Positions 1-9,513 of a stretch of 32,000 bases of DNA are shown piece after piece. The notes beneath the pieces are model-generated. The model saw only the letters and a program-made list of their open reading frames with translations. It ran no database searches and had not been told where the DNA came from. How positions within the stretch are numbered: position 1 is the first letter of the stretch; each line of letters starts with the position of its first letter. The stretch lies in NCBI RefSeq assembly GCF_000189295.2, contig NC_016803.1:3600001-3632000 (forward strand), written 5' to 3'. The stretch comes from Pseudodesulfovibrio mercurii (GTDB lineage: Bacteria > Desulfobacterota > Desulfovibrionia > Desulfovibrionales > Desulfovibrionaceae). Position numbers and translations under genes: made by a program.

Positions 1-1
1 C

Positions 2-1096
2 AAGGCCCGGCTCAAGCCCGAGTCCTTCGGCCTGTCCCTGATTCGTATCCTGGACCAGCCGGAGGAGAGCGACCGCTACCAGGACGGCATGGACCACATG
101 GCTCGCGACGTGGCCCGCCTGGCGCGCGGCGTGTTCGGCGACGCGGCCACCGGCGGCCGATTCGGCCTCAACGGCATGATCTTTTTCACCAAGGGCGCGG
201 ACCGGCAGACCCTCATGGACCGCTCCCTGGAGCTGGTCGCCATGGCCGCCGAAAACCTCGGCCTCAAGCTGTCCGTGGGGTCGGCCCGCTACCCGTTCCT
301 CAATTTCGACCGGGCCGACATGCTCGACAACTGCCGCAAGGCCCTGGAACACGCCCTGCTTCTGCCCGAGCCGCGCGTGGCCGTGTTCGACTCCATTTCC
401 CTCAACCTTTCGGCCGACCGCCGCTTCATGGACGGCGACATCTACGGGGCCATCGAGGAGTTCAAGCTGGCTCTGCTCGACGACGAGAACAACCTCCTGG
501 CCCGCAACTCGCTCGGCATCTGCTACGCCCAGCTGGGCCGCTTCCAGGAGGCCCGCCACGAGTTCCAGCACGTGGTCGAACTCGACAAGAAGGACGTCCT
601 GGCCCTGTACAACCTGGGCTGGGCCAACCACCGCCTGGGCGACCTCAAGTCCGCCGAAAAGGCCTACCGCCAGTGCCTCAAGGCCGAGCCCGGCCACGTC
701 TATTCGCTCATGCGCCTGGGCTCCATCGAGGAAAAGGCCAACCACCTCAAGAAGGCCGCTAACCTCTACAAAAAGGCCGCCGAACAACCCGGCGGCGAAC
801 GGCTGGTCTTCCGCCCACTGGCCCGCGTGGCCTACAAACAGGGCGACATCGAGGCCACCCGCGAATACCTGCACCTGGCGCTCAACGCCGACCACAACGA
901 CCACCAGGCCATGCACATGCTCGCCAAACTCTATCTCGACCAGGGCGAAGACCCGCAGATCGCCGAGGTCCTGGCCCGCCAGTCCTCGGCCCTGGCCCCC
1001 GGCGTGGACGGCTACTGGGATACCCTGGTCGAAGCCCTCGAAGCCCAGGGCAAAGGCGAAGAAGCTGCCATCGTCGCCGCGAGAGCGGCGGGGTAG
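2..1096 (+). CDS. 5'-truncated protein with a degenerate GGDEF-like domain followed by TPR repeats
   Basis: Frame 2 is open from nt 2 with no stop, so the listed 89..1096 ORF is an internal piece of a gene that starts left of the window. The N-terminal part (GRFGLNGMIFF ... SVGSARYP ... RVAVFD) resembles a GGDEF fold that has lost the GG[DE]EF signature. The C-terminal part has repeated TPR-like patterns (LGICYAQLGRFQEA, LYNLGWANHRLGDLKSAEKAY). Strong GC3 bias. Confidence 0.75.
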   Translation, partial: KARLKPESFGLSLIRILDQPEESDRYQDGMDHMARDVARLARGVFGDAATGGRFGLNGMIFFTKGADRQTLMDRSLELVAMAAENLGLKLSVGSARYPFLNFDRADMLDNCRKALEHALLLPEPRVAVFDSISLNLSADRRFMDGDIYGAIEEFKLALLDDENNLLARNSLGICYAQLGRFQEARHEFQHVVELDKKDVLALYNLGWANHRLGDLKSAEKAYRQCLKAEPGHVYSLMRLGSIEEKANHLKKAANLYKKAAEQPGGERLVFRPLARVAYKQGDIEATREYLHLALNADHNDHQAMHMLAKLYLDQGEDPQIAEVLARQSSALAPGVDGYWDTLVEALEAQGKGEEAAIVAARAAG

Positions 1097-1274
1097 GGCC
1101 TCCGGCGGCCGGGGGAAGGGGAGAAGGGAACCCTTTGAGAAAAGGGTTCCCTTCTCCCCTATCGCTGCTGTCGCCATCTCTAAGGCTCGCGGACTCGCCA
1201 AGAGCTGCCGCTCCCCCGGACCCCCATCCCCTCTTCCTTCCTAAACTTTTTATCGCGCCTTCGGCGAGGTGCGG
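1097..1274 (+). repeat. Structured 3'-end element, copy A (rearranged, carries an extra ~52 bp)
   Basis: Starts at the first nt after the TAG stop at 1094-1096. Head is GGCCTCCGGCGGCC. A perfect 20-bp stem (1117-1136 with 1141-1160) closes a GAGA loop. It is followed by an extra segment at 1161-1212, then the block CCCCCGGACCCCCATCCCCTCTTCCTTCCTAAACTTTTT and a GC-rich tail. Same architecture as the copies at 5345 and 24582. Confidence 0.85.
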
Positions 1275-1326
1275 ACTCGCGAAATCGACTGTTTCGCGGT
1301 CTGTGCATGCCAAAATGAACGCCCTC

Positions 1327-1430
1327 GCACCCCGCGAAGCGGCGACAAAAAGTTTTGGAGGGTCCAGGGAACCTTTTTCAAAAGGTTCCCTGGTCTCCCC
1401 GAAGGGGCCCCCGGAGGGCCGCCGGAGGCC
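1327..1430 (-). repeat. Structured 3'-end element, copy A' (divergent, shorter, opposite orientation)
   Basis: The reverse complement reads GGCCTCCGGCGGCC...CCAGGGAACCTTTT/AAAAGGTTCCCTGG hairpin...AAAACTTTTTGTCGCCGCTTCGCGGGGTGC. The head lies 3 nt after the stop of the minus-strand M48 gene (1434-1436). It is tail-to-tail with copy A. Confidence 0.75.
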
Positions 1431-1433
1431 CGC

Positions 1434-2660
1434 CTACGACAGGGCGCGGATTCTTGCCAGGACCGGGGGGTGGCTGTATTCGAGCCAGACGGTGAGCGGG
1501 TGCGGGGTCGGGTTGGACAGGTTGGAGACCGACAGTTTTTTCAGGGCGGAGATCATGGTTTCGGGGCGGCCCGTGGTGCGGGCGGCGAAGGCGTCGGCCT
1601 CGAACTCGTGCTTGCGGGACATGGCGTTGGCCGCCACGGACAGGATCAGGGAGAGCGGGGTGTAGAGCAGGACGAAGAAGACCAGCCCCGCGTAGAGGGA
1701 CATGTCCTGCATGCCAAAGGCCGCGAACAACCCTTCGGAGTCCAGGAACAGGGACATGAGGTAGAAGATCGCCCCGGCCTTGAGGACGCCCGTGACCAGC
1801 CGCTTCTTGATGTGCCCGAGTTTGGCGTGGCCGACCTCGTGGGCCAGCACGGCCACGATCTCGTCCGCGTCCATCTCCTTGATGAGGGTGTCGAACAGGG
1901 CGATGCGTCGCCGCTTGCCGAACCCGGTGAAAAAGGCGTTGCCCTTGGTGGACCGCTTGGAGCCGTCCATGACGAAGATGCCGGTCAGTTCGAACCCGGC
2001 CTTGTCCGCGAAGGCTTCCAGCTTGTCGCGCAGTTCGTCGTCCTCAAGGGGCGTGAACTTGTTGAACAGCGGCAGTATCCAGGTGGGAGCCACGTAGGTC
2101 AGCCCCAGGGAGAGCAGGACCGCGAACCCCCAGCACAAAAGCCAGGCGTAGGGCCCGGTCTTGTCCAGGAAGACCAGGATGCCCGCCACCAGCGCGCCGC
2201 CGATGATCGCGGCCAGGACCAGCCCCTTGACCCGGTCCAGGACAAAGGTGGCCGGGGTGGTGGTGTTGAAGCCGAACCGTTTCTCCAGGCCGAAGGTGTG
2301 GTAGATTTCAAAGGGCAGGCCCAGGATGGAGCTGACCAGGGCCAGTCCGCCGATGTAGGCCAGCCCGGTGAGCAGCGGGCCGAACCCGGCGGCGCGGACC
2401 AGCTGGTCCAGGACGTTGAACCATCCGGCCGCCACGGCCGTGACCAGGATCAGGGTGTTGAAGGTCTCGGATACCATGGAGAAGCGCATGGAGGCCAGGG
2501 TGTAGGCCCGGGACTTGGCGTAGGTCTCGGCGTCGAAGACGTCGGACAGCTCTTCGGGCGGGGCGGGGCGCATGGCCAGGGCGGACAGCCGGTCGGACAG
2601 CAGGTTCAGGAACCAGACCGCCAGCAGGGAACCGATGATGATCGCGAGGTAGATGTTCAA
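1434..2660 (-). CDS. M48-family (Ste24/HtpX-like) membrane zinc metalloprotease
   Basis: 408 aa with multiple hydrophobic N-terminal segments and the HExxH motif (LAHEVGHAKLGH). TTG start at 2660, preceded by GGGAGA. Confidence 0.88.
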   Translation of the reverse strand: MNIYLAIIIGSLLAVWFLNLLSDRLSALAMRPAPPEELSDVFDAETYAKSRAYTLASMRFSMVSETFNTLILVTAVAAGWFNVLDQLVRAAGFGPLLTGLAYIGGLALVSSILGLPFEIYHTFGLEKRFGFNTTTPATFVLDRVKGLVLAAIIGGALVAGILVFLDKTGPYAWLLCWGFAVLLSLGLTYVAPTWILPLFNKFTPLEDDELRDKLEAFADKAGFELTGIFVMDGSKRSTKGNAFFTGFGKRRRIALFDTLIKEMDADEIVAVLAHEVGHAKLGHIKKRLVTGVLKAGAIFYLMSLFLDSEGLFAAFGMQDMSLYAGLVFFVLLYTPLSLILSVAANAMSRKHEFEADAFAARTTGRPETMISALKKLSVSNLSNPTPHPLTVWLEYSHPPVLARIRALS

Positions 2661-2859
2661 GCTCGTCTCCCGGAGTGAGAAGGGATCGCAATGAGCGGTA
2701 ACGCTATACGTTTTGGCCTGTGCGCGTCAACCGAAGGTGCGCGGGCGTATGGTCTAGTGGCTCGGAAATGCGGGATAATCGCGTCCGAGCTTGCCAATTT
2801 TCCGTGCCTGTATTAGTTTGCGGCTGTCGTTTACCGTATTGTTCGACACGAAGGACGCC

Positions 2860-3720
2860 ATGTCAGCAAGCCCCATGACCGCCAAGGAAATCCGCGAGGA
2901 CATCGCGCGCGCCCGCGCCTATGCCAAGAAAAACGATTACCTGCGGACCCTCAAGTGTCTGGCCAACGCCATCCGGGGCATGGTCACCAGCCAGGTCTTC
3001 GGGGCGGAGAAGTTCGAGATTCAGGCCCACCTCGAAGAGGCCCTGCGCGATCTGAACAAGATGAAGATGATCCGCAAGCTCTTCCCGGACGGCCTGACCT
3101 ACCGGAAGGGCCGGGAAAAGGCGTTCTTCCAGACCCTCATGCGGCTGCACAAGAAGCTTGGCGAGGCCATGGAAAAGGCCCGCGTGGCCAAGCTGCGCAA
3201 GCGTCTCGGCGTGCTCGACGACAACCTCATCAAGGCGGCCAGACTGATTCAGGCCGGGCAGCCCCTGGAGGCCCGCAAGCTCTACAGCAAGATCGCCGAA
3301 TACTTCCAGGACATCGAGGGCATACACTCGGACATCGGCAACCGCATGGCCCTGTTCGGCCTCTTTGCCGAGGCCGTGCCCTACCTGAACAGGGCCCTGG
3401 AAATCCAGAACAGCGACATGCGCGCCCACAACGCGCTCATTCTCTGCTACGAGGGCCTGCACGAGAACGACAAGGCCATGGCCGCCATCAAGGACGCCAT
3501 GCGCTGGCTCGGGCCCAGCGAGAATCTGTACCTGCGCCTGGCCAAGCTACACCTCCAGAAACGGGAGTGGGGCGAGGTCTTCAACAACGCCAAGGCCGCC
3601 TACGACCGCAACCCGCTGAACACCGAGGCCGCCAGGCTCATGAAGCAGGCCGAGCCCAAGATATTCTCCGGAACCAAGTCCGGGGGCGCGGCCAAAAAGA
3701 GCCACGACCTCAATTTCTAG
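2860..3720 (+). CDS. TPR/helical-repeat protein, function unknown
   Basis: I prefer the ATG at 2860 (GAAGGA 8 nt upstream) to the TTG at 2791 used in the ORF track. Helical-repeat composition (ALILCYEGLHENDKAMAAIKDA, LYLRLAKLHLQKREWGE). Good GC3 bias. Confidence 0.7.
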   Translation: MSASPMTAKEIREDIARARAYAKKNDYLRTLKCLANAIRGMVTSQVFGAEKFEIQAHLEEALRDLNKMKMIRKLFPDGLTYRKGREKAFFQTLMRLHKKLGEAMEKARVAKLRKRLGVLDDNLIKAARLIQAGQPLEARKLYSKIAEYFQDIEGIHSDIGNRMALFGLFAEAVPYLNRALEIQNSDMRAHNALILCYEGLHENDKAMAAIKDAMRWLGPSENLYLRLAKLHLQKREWGEVFNNAKAAYDRNPLNTEAARLMKQAEPKIFSGTKSGGAAKKSHDLNF

Positions 3721-3845
3721 GCCGGATCGGCCCCATTCCCCTTTTTCTTTTGTAACGGTCCGTCCCGGCAGGGGACGTTCGGCGGCGAGGCGGGCGGGGC
3801 CGGAGCGTGCGCGGCGCGCCCCGGTCCCGCCCGGTTTGTGGAGGA

Positions 3846-4346
3846 CTAGTCGGAAAAGCGCAGGTCCTCGCGGACCAGGCGCAGGAGCGCGCCCTTGTCC
3901 GTGGCCACGAGCAGGTTGCCGTCCCGGTCCAGGCTCAACCCGGACACCCGGCAGCCGCAACGGAACACCCGGTCCATTGCGCCGTCGGGCGTGACCGCGA
4001 AGATGTCGCCGCCCGCCGTGCCCACGAAGAGGGTGCGCAACCGGTCCACGGCCAGGGCCGTGGGGCCGTCCACGTGAGCGTAGACCATGGGGCGGCCGTC
4101 CGGCGGCACGCACAAAATGGTCCCGGCCTCGCGGTCCATGGTGTAGGCATAGCCCCGGCCGTCCAGGACCAGCCCGGCCGTGCCCGGCAGCCCCGAGCCG
4201 ATTACCCGCGACCCGCCGTCGGCTCGCGATCCGCCGACCACTTTCGCCTCGTCTTCGGGCCAGGCCGCGCCGCCCGTCCCGGCCAGGATCGCGGCTGCAA
4301 CAAAAATACTCAGGAAAACCGTTCTGATACGAAAACAACCCTGCAT
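3846..4346 (-). CDS. Small secreted protein with about three NHL/SMP-30-like beta-propeller repeats
   Basis: AAGGAGG sits upstream of the ATG at 4346. N-terminal signal-like segment IRTVFLSIFVAAAILAGTGGAAW. Three repeats of about 40 aa (LVLDGRGYAYTMD / LAVDRLRTLFVGT / LSLDRDGNLLVAT). Divergent from the LysR gene. Confidence 0.65.
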   Translation of the reverse strand: MQGCFRIRTVFLSIFVAAAILAGTGGAAWPEDEAKVVGGSRADGGSRVIGSGLPGTAGLVLDGRGYAYTMDREAGTILCVPPDGRPMVYAHVDGPTALAVDRLRTLFVGTAGGDIFAVTPDGAMDRVFRCGCRVSGLSLDRDGNLLVATDKGALLRLVREDLRFSD

Positions 4347-4391
4347 GTCGTGCCTCCTTTTTGCTTGGGGACACGGTAGAAATGGTGCATT

Positions 4392-4429
4392 AATATGTCC
4401 AATACATATTTACACGAAGATTAATATGT
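4392..4429. promoter_or_regulatory. Putative LysR operator in an AT-rich divergent promoter region
   Basis: Inverted repeat AATATGT(4392-4398)-N5-ACATATT(4404-4410), plus a third AATATGT at 4423-4429. It lies in the 97-bp gap between 3846..4346 (-) and the LysR gene (+). Confidence 0.45.
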
Positions 4430-4443
4430 ATTAGCTCTGAATC

Positions 4444-5334
4444 ATGGAACTGAGACAGCTGACCTATTTCATTGCCGTGGCCGAGGAGCTGCATTTCGGG
4501 CGGGCCGCCGAGCGGTGCCACATCGCCCAGCCGCCGTTGTCGCAGCAGATCAAGCGTCTCGAGGACGAACTCGGGGTGATGCTGCTTGAGCGGACCAGCC
4601 GCAAGGTGGCCCTGACCCCGGAGGGCCAGGAGTTTCTCCGGCGGTGCAAGGACGTGCGCGACCGGCTCAACGAGGCGGTGCTCTGCATCCAGGACATGGC
4701 CAAGGGGTTGGAAGGGCAGTTGCGCGTGGGGTTCATCGGCCCGGCGTCCCTGTCCAAGCTGCCCCGGGCCATCCGCGCCTTCCGCGAACGCAACCCGCGC
4801 ATCCGGCTGGATTTTTCCGCCCAGTCCACGACCGAGCAACTGCCGCTGCTGCGCGGCGACCGGCTGGACATCGCCTTTGTCCGCCTGTTCGGCCACGACA
4901 CCTCGGGGCTCAACTCGATGCTCTTCCTGCGCGAGCCCTACGTCCTGGCCCTGCCCGAGGGGCACCGTTTCACCGAGCGCGACGTCCTGGACCTCACCGA
5001 CCTCGAGGGCGAGCCGCTGATCTTCAACCAGCGCATCGCCCAGCCCGCCCTGTACCGCTCGCTCATCGGCTCCTTCCACAAGGCGGGGTTCATGCCCAAC
5101 ATCGTCCAGGAGGTGAACACCGAGCAGTCCACCGTGGCGCTGGTGGCCACCGGCCTGGGCTGCGCCCTGGTGCCCGCCTCCAGCGCGGCCAGCTACCGCT
5201 CGGGCGTGACCTTCCGCCCCCTGACCGGCGACCTGCCCCAATGGGAGATCACCGCGCTCTGGAAAAAGAAGAACCAGTCCGCCATCCTTCAGAAGTTCCT
5301 CGACGTCGCCCGCGAATTCCGCGAGGTGCATTGA
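4444..5334 (+). CDS. LysR-family transcriptional regulator
   Basis: N-terminal wHTH MELRQLTYFIAVAEELHFGRAAERCHIAQPPLSQQIKRLEDELG is typical of LysR. 296 aa with a substrate-binding-type C-terminal domain. Confidence 0.93.
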   Translation: MELRQLTYFIAVAEELHFGRAAERCHIAQPPLSQQIKRLEDELGVMLLERTSRKVALTPEGQEFLRRCKDVRDRLNEAVLCIQDMAKGLEGQLRVGFIGPASLSKLPRAIRAFRERNPRIRLDFSAQSTTEQLPLLRGDRLDIAFVRLFGHDTSGLNSMLFLREPYVLALPEGHRFTERDVLDLTDLEGEPLIFNQRIAQPALYRSLIGSFHKAGFMPNIVQEVNTEQSTVALVATGLGCALVPASSAASYRSGVTFRPLTGDLPQWEITALWKKKNQSAILQKFLDVAREFREVH

Positions 5335-5344
5335 GAAAAGGCAT

Positions 5345-5467
5345 GCCTCCGGCGGCCGGGGGAAGGGGAGGAAAACCCCTTTGAGAAAAGGGGTTTTCCT
5401 CCCCTTCCCCCGGACCCCCATCCTCTCCTTTCCCTAAACTTTATGTCGCTGCTTCGCGGGGTGCGGG
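5345..5467 (+). repeat. Structured 3'-end element, copy B
   Basis: The head GCCTCCGGCGGCC begins 10 nt after the LysR TGA stop (5332-5334). A perfect 25-bp stem (5358-5382 with 5387-5411) closes a GAGA loop. It is followed by GGACCCCCATCCTCTCCTTTCCCTAAACTTTATGTCGCTGCTTCGCGGGGTGCGGG. Confidence 0.85.
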
Positions 5468-5585
5468 CGCGGGGTGGTGGAGGTTTTGTCGGGCGGGTGC
5501 GGTTGTGGGTGGGGCGGGGGATGTGGTATTGGGATCGGCGAGTTGAGGTTTTGGTATTCGATCACCCTGAACAAAAGGCAGTACC

Positions 5586-5963
5586 ATGGGATTTCTTGAC
5601 GGCTTGATGGGCAACGCGACCGAGGTTTCGCTTTCCGACGTGCAGGACGAACTGGCCCCGATCCTGGGCGACAACGAGCGGGTGGAGCGCGCCTTCAAGG
5701 TCGTGCGAGACATGTACGTCTTCACCTCCGGCCGCCTCCTGCTCATCGACAAGCAGGGCGTGACCGGCAAGAAGGTGGACTACCTGTCCATCCCCTACCG
5801 CGCCGTGAATTCGTTCTCGGTGGAGACCGCCGGGCATTTCGACCTCGACGCCGAACTCAAGCTCTGGGTCTCCGGCCGCCACGAGCCCATTCAGCGTACC
5901 CTCAAGGGCGGCAGCGATGTGATCGGCATCCAGAAGCTGCTGGCGAACAAGGTGATCCGCTAG
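5586..5963 (+). CDS. Bacterial PH-domain (YokE-like, bPH_1) protein
   Basis: 125 aa. MGFLDGLMGNA...ERVERAFKVVRDMYVFTSGRLLLIDKQG...YLSIPYRAVNSFSVETAG matches the small bacterial pleckstrin-homology family pattern. Confidence 0.75.
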   Translation: MGFLDGLMGNATEVSLSDVQDELAPILGDNERVERAFKVVRDMYVFTSGRLLLIDKQGVTGKKVDYLSIPYRAVNSFSVETAGHFDLDAELKLWVSGRHEPIQRTLKGGSDVIGIQKLLANKVIR

Positions 5964-5996
5964 CGGACGCCGTTCCTTTCCGGCCGCGTGAGGCGA

Positions 5997-6040
5997 CAAA
6001 AAACGGCCCCGGTCCACATGGACCGGGGCCGGTTTCGTTT
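5997..6040. terminator. Bidirectional intrinsic terminator between convergent genes
   Basis: An A-run (5997-6003) precedes 13-nt arms CGGCCCCGGTCCA / TGGACCGGGGCCG (6004-6031), followed by GTTTCGTTT. On the minus strand the stem is followed by TTTTTTT. Confidence 0.8.
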
Positions 6041-6054
6041 GCGGGTAAGGGGTG

Positions 6055-6507
6055 CTAGCCCTGGGGCTGGTTGTTTTCCACGACCTTGTAGCGGACGCCG
6101 AGGTCTGTGCAGATGCGCTCCACGGCGACGAGGCCCCGGTTGCGTTGTTCTTCCTCGTCGCCGGGGCTGACGCCGATCATGATCAGCTGGGCGCTTCTGC
6201 CGTTGAGCTGCACCAGGGTCATCTCGAACCACCAGGTCTGGTCCAGGGCCTCCACGCGCAGGAATTTCCGTTCCGGGTCGGCCTCGATCACGGTGTACGT
6301 CCGGCCGCCGTCCTCCTCGGTGAGCTTGATGGCGGTATTGTAGATTTCATCCGCGTTGCGCGGGATCTCGGCGGTGACGGTCACGTTGTCGCCGTCGGTG
6401 GCCGAGATCAGGTAGACGACCAGCAGGGCCGGACAGCCGTACAGGGCCGGGACGGCCACCAGCAGGCACACGGCGACCAGCCTCTTCACATTACTCGGAA
6501 TGGACAT
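6055..6507 (-). CDS. Lipoprotein of unknown function
   Basis: I prefer the ATG at 6507 (AAGGAGA upstream) to the ORF-track start at 6591. The signal peptide has a lipobox: MSIPSNVKRLVAVCLLVAVPALYG|C. Confidence 0.7.
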   Translation of the reverse strand: MSIPSNVKRLVAVCLLVAVPALYGCPALLVVYLISATDGDNVTVTAEIPRNADEIYNTAIKLTEEDGGRTYTVIEADPERKFLRVEALDQTWWFEMTLVQLNGRSAQLIMIGVSPGDEEEQRNRGLVAVERICTDLGVRYKVVENNQPQG

Positions 6508-6612
6508 CGTTTCTCCTTTGCCTTGGGTGGATGAAAGTTGGTGATTCTCCTCTGAATATACAATCGTCTGTGAAAGAACAACGGTTTTCACGGGGCGGCC
6601 GACGACTCGGCG

Positions 6613-6660
6613 GAAAAAAAGAACCGGCCCCGGTCCATGTGGACCGGGGCCGGTTTGATT
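6613..6660 (-). terminator. Intrinsic terminator downstream of groEL
   Basis: 14-nt arms CCGGCCCCGGTCCA / TGGACCGGGGCCGG (6624-6653). On the minus strand the stem is followed by TTCTTTTTTT. The core is the reverse complement of the 6004-6031 hairpin. Confidence 0.8.
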
Positions 6661-6686
6661 CGTTCAGGCTTGAGGCGCGGGGTGGC

Positions 6687-8351
<1,665 letters not shown>

Positions 8352-8399
8352 TTAACTAGGTAAATTTGTGATTGCGTTGGATTCGTGCCGGGAATGGAG

Positions 8400-8687
8400 C
8401 TATTCGACGATGGCGAGGATGTCGTCCTCACGCATGACCAGGTGCTCTTCGCCGTCGATGCTGATCTCGGAGCCCGCATACTTGGCGAACAGGACGATAT
8501 CGCCCGTCTTGACGGTGGGCTTCACGCGCTTGCCGTCTTCGTCCAGCTTGCCGGGACCGACGGCCACGACTTCGCCCTTCATGGGCTTTTCCTTGGCGGA
8601 ATCCGGGATGTAGATGCCACCCGCGGTTTTCTCTTCCGTTTCCAGACGCTTGACCAGGACGCGGTCGTTCAGCGGTTTCAATTTCAT
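8400..8687 (-). CDS. groS: Co-chaperonin GroES (Hsp10)
   Basis: 95 aa from the ATG at 8687 (GGAGG upstream). [35 protein letters not shown]... The ORF-track start at 8783 is an upstream extension. Confidence 0.97.
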   Translation of the reverse strand: MKLKPLNDRVLVKRLETEEKTAGGIYIPDSAKEKPMKGEVVAVGPGKLDEDGKRVKPTVKTGDIVLFAKYAGSEISIDGEEHLVMREDDILAIVE

Positions 8688-8755
8688 CCTCTTATACCTC
8701 CAAAATGGATTTTTGAATTTGTGCGCCGGAAGGCATGCGCCATCCGGCTTGCAGT

Positions 8756-8783
8756 TACATAAACACGGCATGGCGGGTGTCAA
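8756..8783 (-). promoter_or_regulatory. Putative sigma70-type promoter for groES-groEL
   Basis: On the minus strand: TTGACA (8783-8778), 16 nt spacer, TATGTA (8761-8756). This is about 70 nt upstream of the groES ATG. No CIRCE inverted repeat is visible. Confidence 0.4.
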
Positions 8784-8856
8784 CCCGACCGGGCAAAAAA
8801 AGTCGGGCCCGTCGCGGGACGGCGGGGTAGCCGGAAAGATGGCGGGCGGACAGGCC

Positions 8857-9291
8857 CTAGATCGCGGATTTATTGCGAAATTCCGCGAACGGGCGGTCCA
8901 GCTCCCGGACGTGGTCGGCGAACCAGTCGGCCAGGAAGGCGTGGAGTTTGACCGGCGGTACGGACGTGCCGTTCATCAGCTCGGCCTCCAGGCGGATGAG
9001 GTCGTCTATGAACCGCTCGTGGGCGTCCTGCTGGTCGTCCAGGCCGGGGTAGTCCGTCTCGTCCATGAGGTTCTCCTCATAGCCGAAGTGCTGGAGGGCG
9101 GCGTCCTTGAGATCGTTCATGATGTCGAGCATGGCGTCGGTCTCGTCGTCGTCCAGCTGGCGGTACATGTCCGGGGAGACCGTGTCGATGCGGTCGAGCA
9201 TGCGGAAAAGGGTTTCGTGTTGTTCGTCGAGTTCGCGGACGCCCAGGGTGAGTTCGGGCGTGAATCCGGCCGGGTTCTGTTTGGCTGACAT
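8857..9291 (-). CDS. Bacteriohemerythrin-like protein
   Basis: 144 aa from the ATG at 9291 (AGGAGA upstream). Hemerythrin His/Glu/Asp ligand pattern: [38 protein letters not shown]. Confidence 0.85.
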   Translation of the reverse strand: MSAKQNPAGFTPELTLGVRELDEQHETLFRMLDRIDTVSPDMYRQLDDDETDAMLDIMNDLKDAALQHFGYEENLMDETDYPGLDDQQDAHERFIDDLIRLEAELMNGTSVPPVKLHAFLADWFADHVRELDRPFAEFRNKSAI

Positions 9292-9513
9292 GCGTTTCTC
9301 CTGTAACGCTGGTTGCTTTTTCAGGCACCCATACCGGGAATCCCGAAATATGTCACGCGTCCGCCGGTCCTTTTTCGGAGGGGAGGGGCGTTCGCCCGGC
9401 GTCACACGGCCGCCGGGGAGGCGTCACCAAAAAGCGCGAAACCGTCATGCGGACGGCGCGAACGGGGCGCGGGCCGCGAGTATGGTCGGGCAACCATATC
9501 AGGAGGAAGGATA

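Noticed and set aside
2758-2772. Sigma54-like TGGCTCGGAAATGCG upstream of the TPR gene
   Set aside because: The GG-to-GC spacing is 9 nt instead of the required 10, and the -12 element lacks the TTGC context. No enhancer-binding protein gene is nearby.
6569-6590. GTGAAA-N10-TTTCAC upstream of the lipoprotein gene as the same regulon motif as TTTTCAC-N10-GTGAAAA at 23841-23864
   Set aside because: The half-sites are arranged in opposite ways (inverted versus everted), so one dimeric factor would not read both. Two 6-mers are too little evidence for a shared regulon.
8688-8856. Looked for a CIRCE/HrcA operator (TTAGCACTC-N9-GAGTGCTAA) or a clean sigma32 promoter upstream of groES
   Set aside because: No CIRCE-like inverted repeat is present. 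Only a sigma70-like TTGACA/TATGTA pair and a short GCCGGA/TCCGGC leader hairpin are visible.
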